DNA of 53,851 nt, from positions 1 to 53,851 of the IMG/VR virus record IMGVR_UViG_3300022744_000036. One strand, written 5' to 3'. The position numbers and the translations under genes are program-made. The notes beneath the pieces are model-generated. The model did no database searches. It saw nothing but the letters and a program-made list of their open reading frames with translations, and had not been told where the DNA came from. Source of the stretch: a virus (lineage: Duplodnaviria > Caudoviricetes). This document shows positions 20,001 to 28,391 of the stretch, in pieces (positions within the stretch are counted from its first letter, which is position 1; each line of letters begins with the position of its first letter).

Positions 20001-21154
20001 GACACCACCCCCGAGGCGCTGGCCGCCAGGCCGATGTAGGGATTGGTCAGCACCGGGACAATGGTCGCCGTGCCCTGCGTGATGCGGTACAGCGTCACTG
20101 TGTCGGTGTAAGTCGAAGCCCCCACGGTCAGCGACGCCGTGAAGGTCATCGAGTCGCCCGTGAAGTCGCCCCCTCCGACCGTCCAGGTATTCGCCCCTGT
20201 GGGCACGGTGCCCGTGAAGGTGCCGGAGCCGTGCGCCCAGGTGACGAACCCGGACAGGCCGCCCGACAGGTTCGCCGTGAGTGTGATCGAAGACGGGCTG
20301 GTGGAGCTACCCGACACGAGAAAGATCACGCCCGAATAGCTCAGTGACAGGTCCGGCGTGGTGGCCAGGTCCGGCAGGTCAACGTTGTAGTAGAGCGTGT
20401 CCGTGGACAGCACGCCCAAGGCCCGGGACTTGATGGCGAAGCGGTACTTGCCGGCCGCCCCGGCGCGCGTCTCGAACGGGCTCTGCGTCAGTATGCCGTC
20501 GTACCAGCCGGTCATCGTGTCCCACGTGTCCGTGCCATAGGACCCAGAGCCGTAGTAGGCCCAGCGAACTTGCGCACCCTCGTAGCCCACCGGGGGCTTG
20601 GTCGTGGTGTAAGCCCAGGACAGCTCGCGCGTGCCGTCAGCGAGCGCGGACACCGTGAAGGTGTCGAACACCGGAGGCGTCGTCTCGGCCGGGATCGTCG
20701 TCCCGAGGCGCGCGGCAAGATCCACCAGGCGACGGGTCAGGTTGTCCCGCACCGCGTTCAGCAGGTCCTCCAGGCGGCTGTCCCCGCCTGCCCGTTTGGT
20801 GGCTTCCTCGCCGATGGCTGCCAGGAGCTGCTGCTTGATCGAAGCGTCCGTTGCGCCCGTGACGGTCTTGGCGGTATCCGTGGACAGGCCGAGCCGACTC
20901 AGAAGCTCCGTAGCGCTGATGAGCTGATACCGGCCATCTGCCAACTGGGTCACGAAACCCGGCTTGCCGTCAGGCAAGGCTACCCGCGTGCGGGTCAGGA
21001 CGCCGAGAGACTCCAACTCACCCCGCAGGACTGTCTTCTCAGACGTGTCGCCACGGCTGCCCTCGCGGATCTCAAGGCGCTCCTTGACCGCTTCGAGGAA
21101 GCTGTCGAGGTCGGGCTTCCCGGTGCGGACAGGCTGCAGTGCTGGTAGCTTCAT
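17063..21154 (-). CDS. large tail fibre/adhesin with tandem Ig-like repeats
   Basis: 1363 aa, Ser/Thr/Gly-rich; repeated ~110-aa modules ending in VRI.R.TDG or ITKQ.AG.DG. Confidence 0.75.
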   Translation of the reverse strand: MKLPALQPVRTGKPDLDSFLEAVKERLEIREGSRGDTSEKTVLRGELESLGVLTRTRVALPDGKPGFVTQLADGRYQLISATELLSRLGLSTDTAKTVTGATDASIKQQLLAAIGEEATKRAGGDSRLEDLLNAVRDNLTRRLVDLAARLGTTIPAETTPPVFDTFTVSALADGTRELSWAYTTTKPPVGYEGAQVRWAYYGSGSYGTDTWDTMTGWYDGILTQSPFETRAGAAGKYRFAIKSRALGVLSTDTLYYNVDLPDLATTPDLSLSYSGVIFLVSGSSTSPSSITLTANLSGGLSGFVTWAHGSGTFTGTVPTGANTWTVGGGDFTGDSMTFTASLTVGASTYTDTVTLYRITQGTATIVPVLTNPYIGLAASASGVVSSFGSAKTGIMQVYYGGVLQSSGLTFSVHSDPDSLGVTISNTSGATYGQYSLSFPGSPSGWWTSSATTSNVTLRAALTADPGSYRDIALVVSKQLAGTDGTDFNAVFLTSSSLTMGLDSAGAAYPAAQAAALTLTRQPTSLSGTATFTATAYNSSSSSLGSVTLTGSGDSRSLTSTAFMQPGGSFSNSVQYVDVVATVGALSSTVRIVRLTDGAEPIISGLTKPSVALQSANDGTVSDYSGAQHSASAPQQFKITQGGTTLSSGVTYSQVSFTGVTAVSGPYAGSSCINPSTGEYGVSSITWSTGDTAQITFRATHSSGATRDAVFTITRVRAGATGADAQLITLTTNNANFAFTTTGAEYPSSGQSATFTVTRTPSSLAGTVTWSATAYSSTGSVLATLTSYLTGSGDSRTLTAANFILPGNPVQYVDVTATLGSLATKSVRILRITDGQEPYLSILTTGQSVSVPADSTGAVTSWSNAAGSLQLYQGGSLITSGLTYSIQANPSTLTATMNSSTGAFAVTGSGSWANSSNQTTITFRVALTAAPSVYRDVPLTITKQVAGVDGISYEFSNQNHTVPADSAGAVTSYTGSGTTIRMLEGSTYLTYHSTTLAAGRFTIGTPTVSPAGKITVGAISGSTTTTATVAVASAMDSATDVVTITFPVTVRRANGADVTLNLVQTIAKTKSGSTGTRGSRTVYDTNVAYTSTYNNGSGAGSASYKSQATTLIAAAVAGLTPTTPIKGDTVVFSNGTSYSTTYSNDGTYSTNGNSSWSVLTQVIDGSLLVTGTVSMAALKAGTYTGGQGVFGIDTSVGAYTPLAYFEKAGSTYRQNPLVLMEDDFTGTNSALGAQILEIYAERSAALKVETGALNVAGSPIWFSDGYAAAKSQSDPFFRCSGNASFDVGWITYAGTVIGKPDGVGRKILASDGAWRTLHVNAGGGATVSIPSSVSTKPGTYTGAPTWIEYDDNGTLYEILAWRAN

Positions 21155-22902
21155 GAGGCTTTCAGCTCCGCAGTGCTGGACGCGATAGTCACCTCAGTGA
21201 CCCGCGCCGTCGTCTCGACTTCCATCTCTATCTCTTTCGGCCTCCCCGGGGGCAGCCGCGTCGGTGTAGAGCTGGTCAGCGTGGAGGTGTGCCAGAGCGC
21301 GCCGTCCGCGTACAGCCGCACCACGACCGGCGACGACCAGTCGGACAGGGCGTTGATCCACGCAAACCCTGCCTGCTTGGGCTGAACTTGGATGCGCGAG
21401 CGCCACAGCCCCGACGCGCGGCCCGATTTGAACTGGGGGGCCACGTTGGTACCGCTCGCCACATACAGGGTGTCGGTCGTCTTGTCCGCCCGGGCCGCCG
21501 TGGCTGTGATAGTCATCTTCACCAACTTGCCAGTGGCCAGATGCAAGGCGTAGCACCCACCGCCCGACCCGGCGTACCAGAAGTAGTAGATCCCGTCGTG
21601 CTCAGCAGCGAACATACCAGTAGGCGTTAGGGCCTGCCAGTCCTCGCGCGAGAACATGGACCCCGTCACGACTTTCACGCCGCTTTGGTCCGCGACGCAC
21701 AGCCCATCGGGGGAGGCGTATACGACGGCCCCGTCCACCGTGACCATGGAGCGCGGGGACGCGCACACCTGAAGGCTGACCGACTTGATGCGGGACATCG
21801 AACTGGGGTCCGCCCCGCTGATGTAGTCGATGCCGCCGGCATGGGAGACGACCAGGGTCTGGTTGAACACCCCTAGCGCGTTGACGTCGTACTCCAACGC
21901 CACCCGGTAGTCCTGCGGCCAGGCATACGGGTGGTACGGCTCGCAGAAGTACACCGTGGACCCGATGTATCCGGCGATGATGCCGTTGGGCAGGCCCGTC
22001 ATGCCGCTCAAGTACACGCCGCTCACCACAGGGGGCTCGGCCCACGTCGACGAGGGGCAGGTCTCACCCAGCGCGTTGGTCGCCACATCGTCGGTGAGCG
22101 ACAGGTTGGCGCCGTGGGTGACCGGCCACAGGCCGTCCGCCCGGACCGGGTTGGGTACGAGCTGGAAAGCCGCCGTGTCGGAGCCCGCCAGTGAACGGTA
22201 GACGTTGACCCCCACGATGTCGCGCGTGCCGCCCGTACCCCAGTCAACCGTCGCCGGCTTGGTCAGCGTCAGACCCACCGTGTCATTTTGGTCCAGCTCG
22301 ACCACGTCCGATACCGGGCTCGGTGCGGACTCCTCCCCGAGACCGGAGACGTGGGTGTAGATGTACGCCCGCTCCTCAACGATGCGCTGCACCGCCGCCG
22401 GGATGCGCAGGTCGATCTGGTTCTGGTTGAACATCGTCACCAGGGCCTGCACCAGCATGCTCTGGTCATCCGTGCGCCAGGCCTCCAGGTAGTAGGCCTC
22501 GATCTCCTGCTGCAGCCTCTTGATTTCGGCGTCCGCGTTCAGGATCGCCGTGACCATGCCCGCATTGAGCGCGCCGGCCGACAGGTCCGGGTAATCCGGA
22601 CGCGCCTGGATTGCGGCCGGGCCGATCTTGGCGTCCAGTGCGTTGACTTGGGTTTGAGCCGTGCCGGCGTTGAACGCGCGGGCCGCCAGATCCACCGCTC
22701 CGCCCAGTGACGTGTCGGCGCCGGACGGCAGGCCAGAATCGGACCTGATGGCGAGGAACTGATCCTGCAGCCATGCCGCCAGGCCGGCCACGTCAAGCCG
22801 CTTGACGCCGTCGGCGCCCGTGGTGTACCGGGACTGCACCTCGGAGATGATGCCGGCCACCGCCGTGGACCGCACGCCATTTGCGTAGACGACAGTGGTC
22901 AT
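21151..22902 (-). CDS. tail hub/stabilisation protein (gp10-like), C-terminal part
   Basis: YIYTHVSGLGEESAPSP, LPNGIIAG, FCEPYHPYAWP, YASPDGL, REDWQAL and RLPPGR motifs. Confidence 0.7.
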   Translation of the reverse strand: MTTVVYANGVRSTAVAGIISEVQSRYTTGADGVKRLDVAGLAAWLQDQFLAIRSDSGLPSGADTSLGGAVDLAARAFNAGTAQTQVNALDAKIGPAAIQARPDYPDLSAGALNAGMVTAILNADAEIKRLQQEIEAYYLEAWRTDDQSMLVQALVTMFNQNQIDLRIPAAVQRIVEERAYIYTHVSGLGEESAPSPVSDVVELDQNDTVGLTLTKPATVDWGTGGTRDIVGVNVYRSLAGSDTAAFQLVPNPVRADGLWPVTHGANLSLTDDVATNALGETCPSSTWAEPPVVSGVYLSGMTGLPNGIIAGYIGSTVYFCEPYHPYAWPQDYRVALEYDVNALGVFNQTLVVSHAGGIDYISGADPSSMSRIKSVSLQVCASPRSMVTVDGAVVYASPDGLCVADQSGVKVVTGSMFSREDWQALTPTGMFAAEHDGIYYFWYAGSGGGCYALHLATGKLVKMTITATAARADKTTDTLYVASGTNVAPQFKSGRASGLWRSRIQVQPKQAGFAWINALSDWSSPVVVRLYADGALWHTSTLTSSTPTRLPPGRPKEIEMEVETTARVTEVTIASSTAELKAS

Positions 22903-24110
22903 GCGCCGCCTCCTTCATTGCCGGTGATGACCGTTCGGGCGTTGGCGACGTTGATGGCCAGATCGGCGATCGAGTTTGCGAACGCGGTGATCGAGTCCGT
23001 GATGTCGCCGCTGATGCCCGAGTAGAACGACTCCAGGGTCGGCTTGGAGAACGCCAGTGCGCCCCCGTCAAGCCAGCCCTTCAGCGCCTTGACCCGGACT
23101 GCCATCTCATCAAGCTTCGGGGCAATGGCGGGTGCTGTCGGGCTCAGGTATGCCTCCACCGTGTCACAGATCACCGCGACCTCGCCCGACGTGTACAGGT
23201 GCTCACCGACAGAACCGCCGGGCAGCGGGATCGCCGCAAGCGCCGTCTCTGCCGCTGCCCGGTCAAGCTCGATGGTGCGCGTGAAGGCGTTGAACGGGAC
23301 GACCCAATGGTCGTCGCCGGTCACGGTGCCCCAAGTCGTGCCCCATGGGCTCGTCTCCACGCTCACGCTCGGCATGCTCTGCCAGTAGCCTTGCAGGCGC
23401 GGATCCAGCGCCCATGCCCAGTTGTCGGCCGTGTTGATGTTGGAATCGACGTAGGCCGTTTCGAACCCGCCATCGAACGCCCCGCCCGTGCTCGTCGCGC
23501 GGAGGGCCCTGCCGACCTGAGTAGCGGCGTCGCCGGCCGTTGGGTCAAGCGACCGGACGAAGTAGCCCGGTACCGCCATTCCCATGTTCGGACCCAGGCC
23601 CGTGTCAGACGTGAGCGCGGCTGCGCAGCCCACCGCGAGTTGCAGGTTGTCGTGCACGGAATCCCGTGCATCCAGCCCAGCAGCGGCGATGGCCGACGAC
23701 CTCATGTCGGCTGTGAACTGCGTCACATTGTTGACCAGTACCGTCGGGGCCAGAGTCGGAGCCGGCACACCCAACGGAAGACCGGACGGGAAAATCTGAG
23801 GGGCCGCCGAGCCGTTCTGGCGCGAGACATAGGTCCGCTCATTGGGGTCATCGTTGACCTGACCGCGAACGATGTTCACGATCTCAGAGGATCCGTACCA
23901 CGACCCGCCTACCTGGTGGTACTTGTAGATCGTCGCAGGGTTAGAGACGGCGTTCGCCGTGGCTTCCGGCGTACCGGGGCCAAGCACCGGGCGGAACTCG
24001 CTGGTGGACGGCAGGATGTCCCGAGCCACCTGGGCCGCACCCTCCGGCAACGCACGCGGAGATGCGGCGGGCAGCACGCCGCCGAAGTTGTTTGCGCGAA
24101 TAACCGGCAC
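22899..24110 (-). CDS. tail hub/stabilisation protein, N-terminal part plus extension
   Basis: NFGGVLP..PRALPEGAAQVA and LGVPAP motifs. Confidence 0.65.
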   Translation of the reverse strand: MPVIRANNFGGVLPAASPRALPEGAAQVARDILPSTSEFRPVLGPGTPEATANAVSNPATIYKYHQVGGSWYGSSEIVNIVRGQVNDDPNERTYVSRQNGSAAPQIFPSGLPLGVPAPTLAPTVLVNNVTQFTADMRSSAIAAAGLDARDSVHDNLQLAVGCAAALTSDTGLGPNMGMAVPGYFVRSLDPTAGDAATQVGRALRATSTGGAFDGGFETAYVDSNINTADNWAWALDPRLQGYWQSMPSVSVETSPWGTTWGTVTGDDHWVVPFNAFTRTIELDRAAAETALAAIPLPGGSVGEHLYTSGEVAVICDTVEAYLSPTAPAIAPKLDEMAVRVKALKGWLDGGALAFSKPTLESFYSGISGDITDSITAFANSIADLAINVANARTVITGNEGGGA

Positions 24111-24128
24111 CGCCCGCTCCCTAACCCG

Positions 24129-24347
24129 TTAGGCCTTGGCCTTGAACACGCCGGCCAAGCGTAGTGCGTTGACGACGTCGGTGGCCAGCGACTGCAGGAC
24201 CGGAAGCTTGTCGGTCACAGAACCCACCACGCCCTCGACGATGGCGATCGCCGCGTCGAATTTCTCTTTGCCGGGGGAATCCGGCATGAGCGATTCAACC
24301 GTCTTGATGGCGACGATCAAGGTGCGGATCAGGATGAGGTAATTCAT
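24129..24347 (-). CDS. small lysis-region protein
   Basis: Amphipathic, with GKEKF motif; lies after the holin-like gene. Confidence 0.65.
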   Translation of the reverse strand: MNYLILIRTLIVAIKTVESLMPDSPGKEKFDAAIAIVEGVVGSVTDKLPVLQSLATDVVNALRLAGVFKAKA

Positions 24348-24356
24348 GGGAGCCTT

Positions 24357-24602
24357 TCAGAAGCTGCACTTGATCCCGACGAGGACGGGCGGGATCGTCC
24401 CGTGTCGCAGATGGTCAAGGGCCCGGCTCGCTGCCTGAGCCTGGTCCGCTGGTAGCGGGGTCGTCACCTCCAGGGCTGCCCATGGGCGGCAGTCCGATCT
24501 TGGTGGTGGTGACGACGTGCACGATGGCGTTGCCAACGAGCAAAGCAGCAGCGATGCCGCCACCCAGCTGGTTGATCGTGTCCTGCTCGATCTGCACGTC
24601 AT
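24357..24602 (-). CDS. putative lipoprotein (spanin-like) overlapping the holin in the +1 frame
   Basis: Basic N-terminus, hydrophobic stretch WVAASLLLCSL, lipobox-like Cys and Pro-rich mature part. It fills the gap to the next gene. Confidence 0.4.
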   Translation of the reverse strand: MTCRSSRTRSTSWVAASLLLCSLATPSCTSSPPPRSDCRPWAALEVTTPLPADQAQAASRALDHLRHGTIPPVLVGIKCSF

Positions 24603-24753
24603 AGCCGAACCCCTTGGCGATCACGACGATTGCCCCGATGAGCCCAATCACGTTCGTCTTGAACGCGCCTGATTTCAGGTCGGTCGAGGTGGTGTGAGAA
24701 AGCGACTTGGTGCGCTGGAACGCGACGAAGAACGCCTTGAACGAGTCGATCAT
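24415..24753 (-). CDS. putative holin
   Basis: Two hydrophobic segments; adjacent to the endolysin. Confidence 0.6.
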   Translation of the reverse strand: MIDSFKAFFVAFQRTKSLSHTTSTDLKSGAFKTNVIGLIGAIVVIAKGFGYDVQIEQDTINQLGGGIAAALLVGNAIVHVVTTTKIGLPPMGSPGGDDPATSGPGSGSEPGP

Positions 24754-24760
24754 GTTTGTC

Positions 24761-25240
24761 TCACTCGATGGGGTGGATGCCGGGCACAGGGCCTGCGGCG
24801 GTGATGGTCAGCACCCGGTTGATCGGGTTCTCGGGCCGGTGCGTCGAGACATGGACCCAGCGCTTGCCGCGCAGCCCCTCGACGATCAGCTGGCCGATCT
24901 GCAGGTCGTTGACCGCCGGCTCCAGGGCCTTGGCCACGTTGTATGCGCCGCCGAAACTGGGTACCGAGATGTCGGCCGCGTCGGCATTGCGGTGGTCGCT
25001 CTTGGGGTTGCCGCCGACCAGGCGGTTGAGCAACTCGCAGCGGTAGCCGCTCGACAGGATGATGGCTCGGTTGTTCAGGGACTCGCGGATGCGCTCCAGC
25101 ATCTTGGCCGTGGCAACGGCGCGCGGTAGCAGCTCAGGCGGCAGCTGGTTGTCAATGGCCTTCTCCACCGCCGTGAGCGAGTACGTGAACTCGCCAAGGG
25201 TGAAGTGGGGGGATAGCCGGAGCGCGTTGTCCTGGGCCAT
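24761..25240 (-). CDS. endolysin, peptidase M15 family
   Basis: LSPHFTLGEF, SSGYRC..LN..VGG, SDH..AADI and WVHVS motifs. Confidence 0.9.
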   Translation of the reverse strand: MAQDNALRLSPHFTLGEFTYSLTAVEKAIDNQLPPELLPRAVATAKMLERIRESLNNRAIILSSGYRCELLNRLVGGNPKSDHRNADAADISVPSFGGAYNVAKALEPAVNDLQIGQLIVEGLRGKRWVHVSTHRPENPINRVLTITAAGPVPGIHPIE

Positions 25241-25527
25241 CAGCGGTCCTTGTCAGCCTTGCTGTCAAGCTTCTCGAAAATCTTGTCGAACCCCGCCCGG
25301 ACCTCGCGGCTCAGGTCCGTCATGCTGTCGTGCATGCGGTTGACCGCGTTCTCGACGTCCACTTTGCGGGCGTAGTTCTCGGCGATGTGCTCGCGCAACT
25401 CCGCGTGCTTTTTCTGCATCTCACGCACGTCGTCGTACAGCACCCGGGCGAACCACCCAAGCGCTGCCAGTACGGCGCCTCCGATTAGATTGATGACCCC
25501 CTGATCCACTTGTGTTATTTCCCTCAC
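25240..25527 (-). CDS. membrane-anchored coiled-coil lysis-associated protein
   Basis: N-terminal TM segment, YARKVD and KIFEKLD.KADK. Confidence 0.65.
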   Translation of the reverse strand: MREITQVDQGVINLIGGAVLAALGWFARVLYDDVREMQKKHAELREHIAENYARKVDVENAVNRMHDSMTDLSREVRAGFDKIFEKLDSKADKDR

Positions 25528-26222
25528 GCTGCCGCACCCGTGGCCGAAGCCGCCGGGTGGTTCGGGTTGCCCCGGCTCGTCGGAGCCACCATGACCGTGG
25601 CCTTGATCTCAACACCCAGGGCAGTCATGGCCGCCTGGTAGTGCGCCTGGGCCAGCTCCGCGTTACCTGCGTACTCCGCATCCTTGGTGTAGGCGAAGTA
25701 GCAGAGGAGGTCATAGACGACGCTGGCAAAGATGTCCGGCAGATCCATGTTCCCCGAAACACTGGCGTAGGTCCCGCCGTCAGCGGGCTCCGAGATGTCC
25801 GTGGGGGCCGCTGCGTAAACGATGTCCACGGAGGCACTGGTGGTGGCAGGAGGGTAGACGTAAAACACGCGCGGGTCGCGCTGGTCAAACATGAAGTGCT
25901 TGAGCGCCGTGGCTCCGGTGAGGGTGTGCCAGCTGGGAATCTGCGCGTCCAGGATTTCACGGTCCACCAGGCGCATGGCGTTGCCGTTGGTGTTACGCAC
26001 CACCTCGATGAGCTTTATTCCATCAGCGGGGATCGTCTGTTTGGTCCCGTTGACCAGTGTCACCGAGGCGTTGGTAGGCTTGGCATCAGGTCGGTTAAGG
26101 ACCACGATGCGCTGCGCGTCGTTGAACCAGCGAGCCAACTCGCTGATCGGCCAGCGAACAGAGGTTGGATCCTGCAGCGTGCCAACGACACGGTGGATGA
26201 TGGATTGAGCGGAGATGGTCAT
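25524..26222 (-). CDS. head-tail adaptor/tail tubular A-like protein
   Basis: VRWP..EL..WFNDAQR, FYVYPP and AYTKDAEYA motifs; position after the capsid. Confidence 0.7.
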   Translation of the reverse strand: MTISAQSIIHRVVGTLQDPTSVRWPISELARWFNDAQRIVVLNRPDAKPTNASVTLVNGTKQTIPADGIKLIEVVRNTNGNAMRLVDREILDAQIPSWHTLTGATALKHFMFDQRDPRVFYVYPPATTSASVDIVYAAAPTDISEPADGGTYASVSGNMDLPDIFASVVYDLLCYFAYTKDAEYAGNAELAQAHYQAAMTALGVEIKATVMVAPTSRGNPNHPAASATGAAA

Positions 26223-26232
26223 GTGTCAGTCC

Positions 26233-26892
26233 TCACGCGAACGGGTGCATGGCGACGACCACGTCGCCGCCGGTACGGTTGCGGTTTGCCTCAACGCGAG
26301 CGCGGTTGACGCCGAGGCGATAGACGGCCACAGCGGCGGTGGCCACAGCGGCATCGCTGTAGGGAGTCCCAGGGGTCAGGGCCAAGCGGTATAGTGCGCC
26401 TGCCACGATGTACTCTACCCACTCGTTGAAGAGCGAGTCGTCCACTGTCGTGGCCGCCCTGGTAGGGGAAAGCGCCACGAGGGCGCTCAAGAGATAGGTC
26501 GAAGCCGACGCGGTGTCGGGCAAGGGGTACACGCTGACGGAACCTGCGGTCTTGGTGTACGCCAGTGTGGGGGCGCCTTGGGAGGCCGTCGCGTCCCCCG
26601 TGTTTGTCACATAGGCCAGGGGGCTGTCGATCTCGGCAGCGGGCACCATAACCAGCCTGCGAGACCCGCACCAGGCCCGGATGATCCGGGAGACCCGCGT
26701 GTCCGAGGGTACCGTGAGAGCGTAGGTCCCCGTCCCCGCAACAAGCGCCACGGGCGCAGTCACATATCGGACGACCTGTGTCTCTTCGCAGAAGTCGATG
26801 GACGCGTCCAGCAGCGCCTGGAGCGCCGTAGGCTCCGGGCATGCCGGCACTTGCGGCAGCAGGCGAGTCAGAAACGAATCCAGCGAAATCAT
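26233..26892 (-). CDS. head-tail adaptor-like protein
   Basis: VPACPEP..A.IDFCE and GALYRL...PG.PYSD motifs. Confidence 0.7.
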   Translation of the reverse strand: MISLDSFLTRLLPQVPACPEPTALQALLDASIDFCEETQVVRYVTAPVALVAGTGTYALTVPSDTRVSRIIRAWCGSRRLVMVPAAEIDSPLAYVTNTGDATASQGAPTLAYTKTAGSVSVYPLPDTASASTYLLSALVALSPTRAATTVDDSLFNEWVEYIVAGALYRLALTPGTPYSDAAVATAAVAVYRLGVNRARVEANRNRTGGDVVVAMHPFA

Positions 26893-26907
26893 CGTGGTCC
26901 CAATGTG

Positions 26908-26935
26908 AAAAAGCCCCTACCGGCTGGCAGGGGCT
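26908..26935 (-). terminator. intrinsic terminator after the capsid operon
   Basis: AGCCCCTGCC...GGTAGGGGCT followed by TTTT on the minus strand. Confidence 0.75.
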
Positions 26936-26967
26936 ACTCTAACACGTTAGCATGTTGTTGACCAGCG

Positions 26968-27336
26968 TCAGGCGGAAACCGACCCGACGAAGGTCACGGC
27001 GGCAGCCGTGCAAATGAACTTGCCGGTCTTGCCCGCGCCCACGGACAGCGCCGCGTTGGCGGAGCCGCCGTTGACCGTACCGCCAGTGGGCGGGTACACG
27101 GCCAGCGCGTTGGCACCGAGGTTCACGACGGTGAACGTGTCGCCTACCTCGCCTTGCGGAAGCTGCACGCCCGTGCTTGCGGCGGCAGTGGTCACCACGT
27201 TGATGCTGGTCGTGAGGGCCGTGGCGTCGCTGTACGCGCTGCCGGCAGCCGTGATGCCCATGGTGACCAGGCCAACGATGGCCGTGGCCGCGCTGGTCGA
27301 GAGACCAGACGTCACCAGAGTGGATTTGCGAGTCAT
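26968..27336 (-). CDS. putative capsid decoration protein
   Basis: AGGAG RBS; Ala/Thr/Gly-rich; directly after the coat gene. Confidence 0.65.
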   Translation of the reverse strand: MTRKSTLVTSGLSTSAATAIVGLVTMGITAAGSAYSDATALTTSINVVTTAAASTGVQLPQGEVGDTFTVVNLGANALAVYPPTGGTVNGGSANAALSVGAGKTGKFICTAAAVTFVGSVSA

Positions 27337-27352
27337 GTCTGCTCCTAGAAGT

Positions 27353-27374
27353 GGAGGGGGCCGAAACCCCCTCC
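27353..27374 (-). terminator. hairpin after the major capsid gene
   Basis: GGAGGGGG...CCCCCTCC stem. Confidence 0.5.
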
Positions 27375-27380
27375 GTTCGA

Positions 27381-28382
27381 TCAGGCCACGACAGCCAGCG
27401 ACAGGGCGGTGTCCTTGACGACCTTGAAGCCGTAGACGTTCAGCGAGCGGATGTAGTCGCCGAAGTCGTTCGGGTTGCGCACCGTCTCCATCTTGGTGAT
27501 CTGCGAGGCGAACGTGACGGCCGACTTGTGGCCTGCAATCAGGGCGCGACGCTTCAGACCGGAGCTGGAGGTGACGCTGTTCTCCGAACCGTCGCCAGAC
27601 AGCCACGGGGTGCTGGAGCCCGAAATGGCCTTGGGCAGCTGGTTGGAGACGTACACCTTGAAGCGGTCGATCGAGCCGATCAGGCCGTTGCGCACCGGGG
27701 AGGTGGAGTCACCCATGAGCTGGGCCTGGGCCAGCGGCGACTGCAGGAGCAGCTGACGGGTGTACGGGTCGATCACGAGCCAACGATCGCCGTCGGGGAT
27801 GTTCTGCTCGTCCAGGACGGATGCCATCGCCAGGATCGTCGCCAGCACGTTGTTCGGGGTCAGCACCACCGGGGCCGCGTCGGTGCCCAGGTTGTACGAC
27901 GCCGACTTCGCGCCAGCGGTAGCGCCCTTGTTGGCCGCCGCACCGCCGGAGAACGTGTTGTAGATGATGTTCGAGTCGATGGCGACACGCATCTGCTGCG
28001 CGGCGTCACCGGAGAACACGTCGATCAGGTTCGGCTGCGCCTGGTACGCCAGCACGTCGTTGACCTGGAAGGCAAAGTATTTGCCCTTGTCGATCACGAG
28101 TTCCTGGGTATCCGGCGTCGGAGCCTGGTACGACACGCCGCTGCCGGCCGTGTAGTTGGACACGGTGATGCTCGGGGCGGTGTGGATGATGACCTTGTCA
28201 CCCATGCCACTGATCTCGCCCTGCCAGTTCGTGTTGGCGAGTTCGGGCATGACCGACGTCGCGTAGAACTTGGCGTTGAGCTTGGCCGACCAGACGGCCG
28301 GGATGAAGGTGCCGGAGTAGGCCGGCGAGGTGTTGAACGGGCTTGCAACGGGGAACGTTGCGGCCGGAGTGATCGTCGACAT
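27381..28382 (-). CDS. major capsid protein (P22 coat-like family)
   Basis: FIPAVWS, GEISGMGDKV, LDEQNIP, NGLIGSID.F and FGDYIRSLNVYG motifs; very strong codon bias. Confidence 0.9.
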   Translation of the reverse strand: MSTITPAATFPVASPFNTSPAYSGTFIPAVWSAKLNAKFYATSVMPELANTNWQGEISGMGDKVIIHTAPSITVSNYTAGSGVSYQAPTPDTQELVIDKGKYFAFQVNDVLAYQAQPNLIDVFSGDAAQQMRVAIDSNIIYNTFSGGAAANKGATAGAKSASYNLGTDAAPVVLTPNNVLATILAMASVLDEQNIPDGDRWLVIDPYTRQLLLQSPLAQAQLMGDSTSPVRNGLIGSIDRFKVYVSNQLPKAISGSSTPWLSGDGSENSVTSSSGLKRRALIAGHKSAVTFASQITKMETVRNPNDFGDYIRSLNVYGFKVVKDTALSLAVVA

Positions 28383-28391
28383 GACGGTTCC

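Noticed and set aside
26968-27606. Possible T7 10B-like frameshift fusion of the coat to the downstream protein (downstream frame is open across the coat stop)
   Set aside because: No slippery heptamer before the coat stop; the downstream gene has its own AGGAG and ATG at 27336.
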